A DNA stretch of 32,000 bases from the NCBI GenBank assembly GCA_049974095.1, contig JBMFJD010000008.1:1-32000 (forward strand), given 5' to 3'. This document shows, one piece after another, positions 25,553 through 32,000 of the stretch. Under the pieces are notes generated by a model, which was given only the letters and a program-made list of their open reading frames with translations, was not told the DNA's origin and made no database searches. Numbering within the stretch: position 1 is the stretch's first letter; every line of letters starts with the position of its first letter. Position numbers and translations under genes: made by a program. This DNA comes from Nanopusillaceae archaeon. Lineage in GTDB: Archaea; Nanobdellota; Nanobdellia; Nanobdellales; Nanobdellaceae.

Positions 25553-26426
25553 TTTTTTTACTTATTTCGTCTGCTAATCTAATTGGCTCTGGATAATTTC
25601 CCTTAATCCAATATTTTTCTGCTAATTCTTTACTTTTTTCTAATGATATTAAATTTCCTGGAGAAGCATATATTTTTTTATTTTCCTTTTCAATTATATA
25701 TCCTCTTACTTCATTATCTATTATTATTTTATTGTCAATTATTTTTCCAGTTAATAAAGATTTTGTAATTCCTATTGTTGGTATATTTAATATTACTCCT
25801 ACATATGATGCAAGTCCCATTTTTACAGGATGAGATATTCCATGTCCATTTACAAACAAAATATCTATTTTTTCTTTTATTTTATTAAATGTCTTTATAA
25901 TTGGTTCTCCTTCTCTAAATGCTAAAAATGATGGAATATATGGAAATTCAATTTTTTCTTTAAAAATATATTTATTAATTAAATTTAATTCTTTATCTAA
26001 AATAACATAAACAATATATCCAAAATCATCTTTATAACTTAAATCTACTCCTCCAATATAAATTATTTCTTTAAATCCATTTTCCAATATTATTTTTTTA
26101 GCTAATTCTTCTTGTATTTTTCTGTATTTTTCCAATATTTTTTCTTTAACAAAAAAATCTTTAAATAAATATTTATCTAAATCTATTTTATTACCATTAA
26201 TTATTACACCCTCTTTTATTAATAATTCTTTTTGTTTCAAATCTTTTACTATTCCATTTTCATTTACTACTCTCCACCATGGAGCATTTATTTTTTTATA
26301 ATATTGCAAAATAAATTTTATTGAATATGTAGATCCTAGGTATTCAGATAATATTTTGAATGTACTTATTTTGCCCTTTGGTATTTGATTAATTAAATTT
26401 TTTAGTTCTTCCAAAATTTCATGCAT
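25536..26426 (-). CDS. nfi: Fusion protein: N-terminal alkyltransferase-like (ATL, no acceptor Cys) domain + Endonuclease V
   Basis: 296-aa ORF. Residues 1-80 resemble the AGT DNA-binding domain (IPKGKISTFKILSEYLG...NAPWWRVVNENG...KELLIKEG), with PWWRV in place of PCHRV. Residues about 115-296 carry EndoV motifs GGVDLSY, YIPSFLAFREGEP, VNGHGISHPVKMGLASYVGV and PTIGITKS. Confidence 0.85.
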   Translation of the reverse strand: MHEILEELKNLINQIPKGKISTFKILSEYLGSTYSIKFILQYYKKINAPWWRVVNENGIVKDLKQKELLIKEGVIINGNKIDLDKYLFKDFFVKEKILEKYRKIQEELAKKIILENGFKEIIYIGGVDLSYKDDFGYIVYVILDKELNLINKYIFKEKIEFPYIPSFLAFREGEPIIKTFNKIKEKIDILFVNGHGISHPVKMGLASYVGVILNIPTIGITKSLLTGKIIDNKIIIDNEVRGYIIEKENKKIYASPGNLISLEKSKELAEKYWIKGNYPEPIRLADEISKKIKYKV

Positions 26427-26466
26427 ATCTATTATATTTAAAAAAGTTATTTATAGTTAATATTAA

Positions 26467-26730
26467 ATGAAGGATTGGATAAAAGAAGCAGGATTAGGAT
26501 TAATATTATTTCTAATAGGAGTAGGATTAGTATGGTATTGGTTAGGAGAAGTAATATTAATTATAAAAGGATTGATAGGACCTGTATTATTAATATTAGG
26601 ATTAATATTATTGTGGGTAGGATATGAGGATAAAAAAATAGAAAAGGAATTAAAGGAAATTGAAAAGGAATTAGAAAAGGAAGAAAAAGAGGAAAATAAA
26701 CAAAATCAAAATCAAGAAAATAAGCAATGA
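26467..26730 (+). CDS. Hypothetical small membrane protein with a K/E-rich tail
   Basis: 87-aa ORF with two hydrophobic segments and a low-complexity EKELKEIEKELEKEEKEE tail. 4-nt ATGA overlap with rpl15e. Confidence 0.45.
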   Translation: MKDWIKEAGLGLILFLIGVGLVWYWLGEVILIIKGLIGPVLLILGLILLWVGYEDKKIEKELKEIEKELEKEEKEENKQNQNQENKQ

Positions 26731-27248
26731 AATCTTTTTATAGTTATATTTCAAAAATATGGAAAAATAGATTCAAAGATGAAAAGATAAAGAAATTTAT
26801 AAGAGAAAGATTAATAAAATGGAGAAGAGAACCAGAAATTGTTAGAATTGAGAGACCTACAAGATTAGATAAAGCAAGAAAATTAGGATGGAAGCCAATA
26901 AATGGTATCATTATTGTTAGGGTAAGAGTAAAGAAGGGATGGAGAAAAAGAAAAGATATGCCAAGACATGTAAAGACAAAAAGTTATTATTTCTATAGAT
27001 CTTTAGATATACCATTACAATCAGTTGCAGAACAAAGAGCACAAAGAAAATATCCAAATATGGAAGTATTGGGATCATATTATGTTGAAGAAGATGGAAA
27101 ATATAAATGGTTTGAAGTAATATTAGCAGATCCAAATAATCCAAATGTGTATTCTAGAGAAGAATATTCTTGGTTATTATTGAAGAAAAATAGAAAAAGG
27201 GCATTAAGGGGATTAACACCTTCTTTTAGATCTTCAAGACAATTATAA
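26727..27248 (+). CDS. rpl15e: 50S ribosomal protein L15e
   Basis: 173-aa ORF. SFYSYISKIW, IERPTRLDKARKLGWKP, GIIIVRVRVKKG and EVILADPNNP match L15e. Confidence 0.9.
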   Translation: MKSFYSYISKIWKNRFKDEKIKKFIRERLIKWRREPEIVRIERPTRLDKARKLGWKPINGIIIVRVRVKKGWRKRKDMPRHVKTKSYYFYRSLDIPLQSVAEQRAQRKYPNMEVLGSYYVEEDGKYKWFEVILADPNNPNVYSREEYSWLLLKKNRKRALRGLTPSFRSSRQL

Positions 27249-27283
27249 CATAGTTATATAAATTTTTTTAATAAATTATTTTA

Positions 27284-27973
27284 ATGCTTGAAATAAAAAA
27301 ATTAAATGTATATTCAAATGGAAGAAAAATATTGAATAATATAAGTTTGTCTTTTGATTATGGAAAATTATATTTAATTTTTGGTCCAAATGGATCTGGA
27401 AAAACAACATTATGTAGGGCAATATTGAATGATGAAAATATAAAAAAAGAGGGAGAAATTATTTTAGATGGAAAAGATATAACAAATGAAAAAACAGAAA
27501 ATATTTCAAAAAATATATTTTATTCATTTCAGAATCCTATAGAAATTGAAAATATAAGAACAAAAATATTATTGATGAATATATTGGGAAATTATGATGA
27601 GGATAAAATAAAAAAATTGGGAAAAGAATTAGGATTGCCAGAAGATTTTTTAGAAAGAGGAATAAATTATAATTTATCTGGTGGAGAAAAGAAGAAATTT
27701 TCTTTATTATTATCAATATTACTAAATAGAAAAATAAATATTTTTGATGAAATAGATTCTGGAGCAGATATAGAATTTTTAGATATATTAAAAGAATATC
27801 TAGAAAAAATGAAAAAAGAAGGAAAAATAATAATATTAATATCTCATAATATAAAATTTGTAAAAGAATTAAATATCGATAGAGTAATAATTTTATTAAA
27901 TGGAGAAATAAAATATGAAGGAGGAAAAGAAATATTAGAAAAAATAGAAAAATATGGATTTACAATTTTTTAA
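27284..27973 (+). CDS. sufC: SufC-like Fe-S cluster assembly ABC ATPase
   Basis: 229-aa ORF. Walker A GPNGSGKTTL, signature LSGGEKKK (SufC-type GGEKKR), Walker B IFDEIDSGADI, H-loop ISHN. Confidence 0.8.
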   Translation: MLEIKKLNVYSNGRKILNNISLSFDYGKLYLIFGPNGSGKTTLCRAILNDENIKKEGEIILDGKDITNEKTENISKNIFYSFQNPIEIENIRTKILLMNILGNYDEDKIKKLGKELGLPEDFLERGINYNLSGGEKKKFSLLLSILLNRKINIFDEIDSGADIEFLDILKEYLEKMKKEGKIIILISHNIKFVKELNIDRVIILLNGEIKYEGGKEILEKIEKYGFTIF

Positions 27974-28553
27974 AAATATATTTAGAAAATATTTTGAAAA
28001 AGAATTTGAAAAATATGAAATAATAGAAAAGGAATATAAATTTAATAATGATAATTTTTTGGAAATAAAATTAGAAAATAAAATATATTATAATGTTTTT
28101 AATTTAGAAAATTGCAAATTAAGGATAAAAATAAATAATAATGAAAAAGCAATGATATATAATGAATTTAATATTTCTGGTAATGTAAAAATAGAATTTC
28201 TGATTGATAACAATTCATATTTATATTTTTATAACTTTTATAATATAAAAGGAAATAGTAATGGTGAATTTTTAGAAAAAATATATAATAAGAAGAAAAT
28301 AGTTTTGATATCAAAAATATTTATTGATAAAGATTCTGAAAATTCTGAAGGAAAATTAAATCAGATATTGTTAGAAGAAAATGGAATATCGATTTTATTA
28401 CCAATATTGGATGTTAGAAACAATAAATCAAGAGGATTTCATGGATCAAAAGTATTAAGATTAAGTAAGGAAGAAATAAATTATCTAAAATATTTTTCTC
28501 TTGATGAAAATAAAATAAAAGAGATATTAATGAAAGAATTTATAAATATATAA
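27954..28553 (+). CDS. Miniature SufB/SufD-family (SufBD) protein
   Basis: 199-aa ORF. C-terminal DVRNNKSRGFHGSKVLRLSKEEINYLKYFSLDENKIKEIL mirrors the SufB/D signature (DVxCSHGATVGxLDEEQLFYLxSRGI). 20-nt overlap with sufC. Confidence 0.6.
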   Translation: MDLQFFKNIFRKYFEKEFEKYEIIEKEYKFNNDNFLEIKLENKIYYNVFNLENCKLRIKINNNEKAMIYNEFNISGNVKIEFLIDNNSYLYFYNFYNIKGNSNGEFLEKIYNKKKIVLISKIFIDKDSENSEGKLNQILLEENGISILLPILDVRNNKSRGFHGSKVLRLSKEEINYLKYFSLDENKIKEILMKEFINI

Positions 28554-28583
28554 GAATATAAACCTTGATTTTATATAATTTTA

Positions 28584-29561
28584 ATGGCGGATGAGGAAAA
28601 AGAAGAAATTAAAAGTTTAGAAGACTTACCTGGAGTAGGTCCAAAAACTGCACAAAAATTGAGAGATGCTGGTATATTTACAATAGAAGATTTAGCAATG
28701 TCTTCTGTTCATGAGTTAGTTGAAAAAGTTGGATTAGGAGAAGAAACTGCAAAGAAATTAGTAGAAATGGCTCAAGATATTGTAGGACACGGATTTAAAA
28801 CAGCATATGATTATTTTAATACAAGACAAGTAATAGAAAGAATAACTACAGGATCTAAAGCATTGGATGATTTATTGGGTGGTGGAGTTGAAACTCAATC
28901 TTTAGTAGAAGCTTTTGGTGAATTTGGATCTGGAAAAACTCAATTGGGTCATCAATTAGCAGTAAATGTTCAATTAACAAAAGATAAAGGAGGATTAAGC
29001 GAACCAGATAAACCCGCTCAGGCAGTATATATTGATACCGAAGGTACATTTAGACCTGAGAGAATTGTACAAATGGCAAAGGGGGCAGGATTAGATCCAG
29101 ATTCTGTATTAAAAAACATATTATTTATTAGAGCATATAATTCTGATCATCAAATAAATATTGTAAAGAGAATACCAAGTTTAATACATGAAGGTAAAAA
29201 TATTAGGTTATTAGTAATAGATTCTATTACTGCACACTTTAGAGCAGAATATATTGGAAGAAGTAATTTAGCAGAAAGACAACAAAAATTAAATCAACAT
29301 TTAAGGGATTTATTAAAGTTGGCTACTGTTTATAATATTTCAGTATATGTTACAAATCAGGTTATGGCAAAGCCAGAAGGATATTTTTCATTAGATCAAC
29401 AAGCAGTTGGTGGACATGTTTTAGCTCATGCAATAACGTATAGAATATTTTTAAGAAAGGGTAAAGAGAGGACAAGGATTGCAAGATTAATTGATGCACC
29501 ACATTTACCAGAGAGAGAGGCAGTATTTAAGATAACTGAAGAGGGTATTAGGGATGTATAA
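28584..29561 (+). CDS. radA: DNA repair and recombination protein RadA
   Basis: 325-aa ORF. N-terminal Hh[20 protein letters not shown], Walker [10 protein letters not shown], Walker B LLVIDS, and conserved YVTNQV and GGHVLAH. Confidence 0.95.
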   Translation: MADEEKEEIKSLEDLPGVGPKTAQKLRDAGIFTIEDLAMSSVHELVEKVGLGEETAKKLVEMAQDIVGHGFKTAYDYFNTRQVIERITTGSKALDDLLGGGVETQSLVEAFGEFGSGKTQLGHQLAVNVQLTKDKGGLSEPDKPAQAVYIDTEGTFRPERIVQMAKGAGLDPDSVLKNILFIRAYNSDHQINIVKRIPSLIHEGKNIRLLVIDSITAHFRAEYIGRSNLAERQQKLNQHLRDLLKLATVYNISVYVTNQVMAKPEGYFSLDQQAVGGHVLAHAITYRIFLRKGKERTRIARLIDAPHLPEREAVFKITEEGIRDV

Positions 29562-29594
29562 AACTTTATAATTTCATATTTTGTATATTTTTAT

Positions 29595-29846
29595 ATGGAA
29601 AGATATGAAGCTTCATCTTTAATAAATAGATCAGTAGTTACTGATAAAGGAAGGAAGTTGGGAGAAGTTGTAGATTTACAGTTTGAAGAAAAGAGTGGAG
29701 AAGTATTAAATATGATTTTAAAAAATCCTACTGAAAATGCTGAAAGATTAGGATTAGAAAAAACAAAAGATGGATTTTTAGTACCCTTTGTTGCTGTTAA
29801 AGCAATTGGAGATTATATTGTTGTATCTGAAGAAGATCTTATCTAA
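29595..29846 (+). CDS. PRC-barrel domain protein
   Basis: 83-aa ORF. VVTDKGRKLGEVVDLQFEEKSGEVLNMIL...LVPFVAVKAIGDYIVV fits the PRC-barrel pattern. Confidence 0.7.
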   Translation: MERYEASSLINRSVVTDKGRKLGEVVDLQFEEKSGEVLNMILKNPTENAERLGLEKTKDGFLVPFVAVKAIGDYIVVSEEDLI

Positions 29847-29850
29847 TTTT

Positions 29851-30069
29851 TTATTCTGCAGGTTTTATTACTGATATATTATCTCCTCTTAGAAATATCC
29901 AAGGTAATTTTTTATTTGTGTCCAATTCAGTTACATCTTCTAATACCATATTAGGATGAACATCCGATGCTACTAATTTACCTCTATATTGTTTACCATT
30001 CTTCATTTCTACTATTATTTCTTTTCCTTTTGATTGTGTTATTACATCTAAAGGTCTTACTATATCCAT
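29851..30069 (-). CDS. Sm-like archaeal protein (SmAP/LSm)
   Basis: 72-aa ORF. Sm1 and Sm2 motifs: RPLDVI...KEIIVEMKNGKQYRGKLVASDVHPNMVLEDV...IFLRGDNISVI. Confidence 0.9.
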   Translation of the reverse strand: MDIVRPLDVITQSKGKEIIVEMKNGKQYRGKLVASDVHPNMVLEDVTELDTNKKLPWIFLRGDNISVIKPAE

Positions 30070-30123
30070 AAGGTATGAATATACAAAAAGATTTTATAAA
30101 TTTATTTTTCCTTTATTTAAAAA

Positions 30124-30543
30124 TTATTGTTTTAATAATATTGCGTTAATAACTCCGTCTTGCCCTGGTCTTGATATTACTACTGCTTTTCCTATTTCAG
30201 TATTTATTATTGTATTTTTTGTTATAATTTTTTCTCTATCAAGATTTTTATCATTTGGATTTTTAATTACTTCTAATATTTTTACTTTCTTTATTTCTCT
30301 TGTATCTGGATTTAAAACATTTGCATATAATGCTTCTTTTAGTTTTACTTTATAGTTTCCACCTTTAACTCTTACAATATATCTTAATTCATCATTAGTT
30401 TCAGATAATCTAGTTTTAATTGGATATCTACCATAATGCGCTTTTCTTTTTTTACTATTTGGAGTTTTAATTCTACCATTTTCTTTTCTTAAATCTTTTC
30501 CTTGATATATTGATAATCCTAATTTTTTGTATATTGTTACCAT
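30124..30543 (-). CDS. rps8e: 30S ribosomal protein S8e
   Basis: 139-aa ORF. VRVKGGNYKVKLKEALYANVLNP...TEIGKAVVISRPGQDGVINAILL closely parallels archaeal S8e. Confidence 0.9.
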   Translation of the reverse strand: MVTIYKKLGLSIYQGKDLRKENGRIKTPNSKKRKAHYGRYPIKTRLSETNDELRYIVRVKGGNYKVKLKEALYANVLNPDTREIKKVKILEVIKNPNDKNLDREKIITKNTIINTEIGKAVVISRPGQDGVINAILLKQ

Positions 30544-30558
30544 TTTTCTAATTATAAT

Positions 30559-30574
30559 GAAAAAATTTTAAAAG
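30559..30574 (+). promoter_or_regulatory. BRE/TATA-like element GAAAAAATTTTAAAAG upstream of tRNA-Leu
   Basis: Ends with G exactly 26 nt upstream of tRNA position 1 (30600). Near-identical to the element upstream of tRNA-Ile. Confidence 0.5.
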
Positions 30575-30599
30575 ACAAATTATTATAAAATAAAAATAC

Positions 30600-30699
30600 G
30601 CGGGGGTGCCCGAGCGGTCAAAGGGGTCGGGCTTAAGACCGACTGGTAAGAGACCCGATGGGTTAAGGCCCGCCAGGGGTTCAAATCCCCTCCCCCGCA
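30600..30699 (+). tRNA. tRNA-Leu (anticodon UAA), class II, with a 15-nt intron at the canonical 37/38 position
   Basis: Hand-folded. Acceptor GCGGGGG/CCCCCGC, D arm CCC-GAGCGGTCAAA-GGG, anticodon stem TCGGG/CCCGA, loop CTTAAG|A, long variable arm, T arm AGGGG-TTCAAAT-CCCCT, discriminator A. Mature length 85 nt. No encoded CCA. Confidence 0.9.
30638..30652 (+). other. tRNA-Leu intron (ACCGACTGGTAAGAG) within a bulge-helix-bulge motif
   Basis: CTTA (30632-30635) pairs with TAAG (30647-30650), flanked by two AGA 3-nt bulges (30636-30638 and 30651-30653). Inner CC/GG helix with a GACT loop. The boundary may shift by 1 nt without changing the mature sequence. Confidence 0.75.
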
Positions 30700-30700
30700 C

Positions 30701-30706
30701 TTTTTT
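30701..30706 (+). terminator. T6 tract just after tRNA-Leu
   Basis: TTTTTT starts 2 nt after the discriminator base, a typical archaeal oligo-T termination signal. Confidence 0.5.
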
Positions 30707-30760
30707 ACCAAAAATTTTCAATGTGGGGTTATTTTTAAATCCTGAATAGATAATATCATT

Positions 30761-31024
30761 ATGAAAACATACTCGAAAAGAAAAATAAGAAGGGTAGAAA
30801 GGGAAATAGAAAAAGCAATCAGAGATATATTAAATTTAATAAAAAGACCACTCTATCATATAGTTAGAGCTAGTGTCTTATCTTCTATTTTCTATGTAAT
30901 TATTCATTATTTGCTTCCTATGGTACCATCTATGTACGCAGGATTAGTTTCTATTTTTTTTAGCAATACTATTTCTATATTATCATTTAGAGAAGCTTAT
31001 AAGGCATGTATTAGGATTATTTAA
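30761..31024 (+). CDS. Hypothetical small membrane protein
   Basis: 87-aa ORF with a basic N-terminus and two hydrophobic segments, lying between two tRNA genes. No family recognised. Confidence 0.4.
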   Translation: MKTYSKRKIRRVEREIEKAIRDILNLIKRPLYHIVRASVLSSIFYVIIHYLLPMVPSMYAGLVSIFFSNTISILSFREAYKACIRII

Positions 31025-31102
31025 ATGGATAATGTTTATCTATAAAACAATAATGAGGATAATAAAAAGATATATTTAGTTATATTATCTTTTATTCTAA
31101 AG

Positions 31103-31176
31103 TGGGGCGGGTGGGATTTGAACCCACGACCTTCCGGTCTTCAGCCGGACGCTCTCCCGGTCTGAGCTACCGCCCC
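31103..31176 (-). tRNA. tRNA-Phe (anticodon GAA)
   Basis: The reverse complement folds as GGGGCGG-TA-GCTC-AGACCGGGA-GAGC-G-TCCGG-CTGAAGA-CCGGA-AGGTC-GTGGG-TTCAAAT-CCCAC-CCGCCCC-A. No encoded CCA. Confidence 0.93.
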
Positions 31177-31221
31177 TTACAATATAATTCTTATTATCTC
31201 AAAATCTTATAATATTTTATA

Positions 31222-32000
31222 ATGATAGAAAATTATTATCCGATATTAAAAAATAGATCATTTCAAATTGATGTTGTAGAAAAAATTCTAACTTATATTA
31301 ATCAAGGTAAAAAATTTATTTTGTTAGATTCTCCAACAGGATCTGGTAAAACAATAATTGCATTGACTATTTCAGATTATTTATCAAAATATGATTTTAT
31401 AACACATATTGCGGTAAGAACTACTGAAGAAATAAAAAGATATTTAGAAGATTCTGAAAAAATAAAAACAATATTAAAAGTATTTCCAAATAAAAAGAAG
31501 ACATGTCCATTATTTTATAATTCAAATTTATCTGGAGAAGAAATTGTATGCGCAGATTGTATATATAGAAAATCTTTATATGAGCCAGAAATATTATATA
31601 GAAGATTAAAAAAATTAAAATATGATTTTATTAAATTAGCAAAGATTGAAAATAAAAAAATGAAAGAAAATAAAGAAGTAAAATGTATATATCAATCATT
31701 TAAGAAAATTGATTCGAAAATATATATTTCTACATATCCATATGTATTTAATCAATATTTAAATGAAATATTAGCATTAGATGGAGAACCAGATTTTTTA
31801 ATAATGGATGAATCACATAATTTATTAACAACACTTATTAATCCAATATCTATCTCTTTTAGAAAATATTTAGAAAAAAGTTTTGGAAAAAGAAAAGAAG
31901 AAAATTTATTATTTCAAGATTCAATAAGAGAATTGGAAATATTAAAAAATGCATTAGGAATACCTGAAGGGGATTATAAATATTTGAGGGAGGAATTAAT
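31222..32000 (+). CDS. xpd: XPD/Rad3-family 5'-3' DNA helicase (N-terminal part; ORF runs off the window end)
   Basis: Not in the ORF track because it is open-ended. My translation from the ATG at 31222 has no stop through 32000. Walker A LDSPTGSGKT, four Cys (KKTCPLF, IVCADCIY, VKCIY) in the position of the XPD 4Fe-4S domain, and DEAH-type box IMDESHNL. Confidence 0.8.
   Translation, partial: MIENYYPILKNRSFQIDVVEKILTYINQGKKFILLDSPTGSGKTIIALTISDYLSKYDFITHIAVRTTEEIKRYLEDSEKIKTILKVFPNKKKTCPLFYNSNLSGEEIVCADCIYRKSLYEPEILYRRLKKLKYDFIKLAKIENKKMKENKEVKCIYQSFKKIDSKIYISTYPYVFNQYLNEILALDGEPDFLIMDESHNLLTTLINPISISFRKYLEKSFGKRKEENLLFQDSIRELEILKNALGIPEGDYKYLREEL

Noticed and set aside
3644-29049. Eighteen ORFs of 60-204 aa in the supplied track lie antisense to, or nested inside, larger genes: 3644-3847, 6887-7501, 13102-13356, 15519-15980, 15643-15885, 15913-16116, 16336-16518, 18415-18693, 20808-20996, 21745-21933, 22911-23105, 23423-23629, 24004-24210, 24306-24491, 24313-24552, 25048-25230, 26917-27144 and 28855-29049.
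   Set aside because: Each lies fully within a gene on the opposite strand that has clear family motifs. Their products are low-complexity F/L/I/S/Y-rich strings, as expected from reading AT-rich coding DNA backwards. None has a recognisable motif or its own promoter-like spacer.
30700-31102. The segment between tRNA-Leu and tRNA-Phe, carrying an 87-aa orphan ORF, as a remnant of an element integrated at a tRNA.
   Set aside because: I found no direct repeat of either tRNA 3' end, no integrase, and no compositional break. The weak AAATCC similarity at about 30738 is too short to count as an att site.
1-32000. CRISPR arrays, IS elements or transposases, rRNA genes, C/D-box sRNAs (RUGAUGA...CUGA in spacers), and additional GC-rich islands that could mark structured ncRNAs.
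   Set aside because: No regularly spaced repeats were seen, and no transposase- or integrase-like ORFs. The only GC-rich islands are the three tRNA genes. No spacer contains a convincing C box plus D box pair. By-eye scanning could miss degenerate elements.

Overview
This is a very AT-rich, extremely gene-dense archaeal chromosomal segment. All calls rest on reading motifs by eye, since no searches could be run. Archaeal hallmarks present: histone, PCNA, RadA, ATP-dependent DNA ligase, aIF5A, ribosomal proteins S8e and L15e, Sm-like protein, MBF1 and XPD. I count 38 protein genes and 3 tRNA genes. The tRNAs are strikingly GC-rich against the AT-rich background, and one carries a bulge-helix-bulge intron. 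Many genes overlap by 4 nt at start/stop, and three convergent gene pairs overlap at their 3' ends. Together this suggests, as inference only, a streamlined and probably thermophilic DPANN/Nanoarchaeota-like genome. Content falls into three groups. (i) 70-6430 is a co-directional glycosylation cluster of three GT4 genes, two GT2 genes and one FkbM methyltransferase whose reading frame has no usable start codon. (ii) Housekeeping genes: class II LysRS, MarC, TrmI, SecD, MFS transporter, an active/inactive M16 peptidase pair, SufC plus a miniature SufBD, ribosomal proteins and aIF5A. (iii) An unusual concentration of DNA replication and repair genes: Endo IV, DUF99, ligase, DUF1998/MZB helicase, PCNA, histone, Endo III, an alkyltransferase-like (Cys->Trp)-Endonuclease V fusion, RadA and XPD. 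I saw no CRISPR array, transposase, integrase, rRNA, toxin-antitoxin pair or recognisable defence module. The best leads are the ATL-EndoV fusion, near-identical tRNA promoters ending exactly at -26 (possible leaderless tRNA transcription), the frameshift-like start of the FkbM gene, an ATTTGAT palindrome pair inside the glycosylation cluster, and the ligase/helicase/PCNA/histone/orphan/EndoIII neighbourhood.
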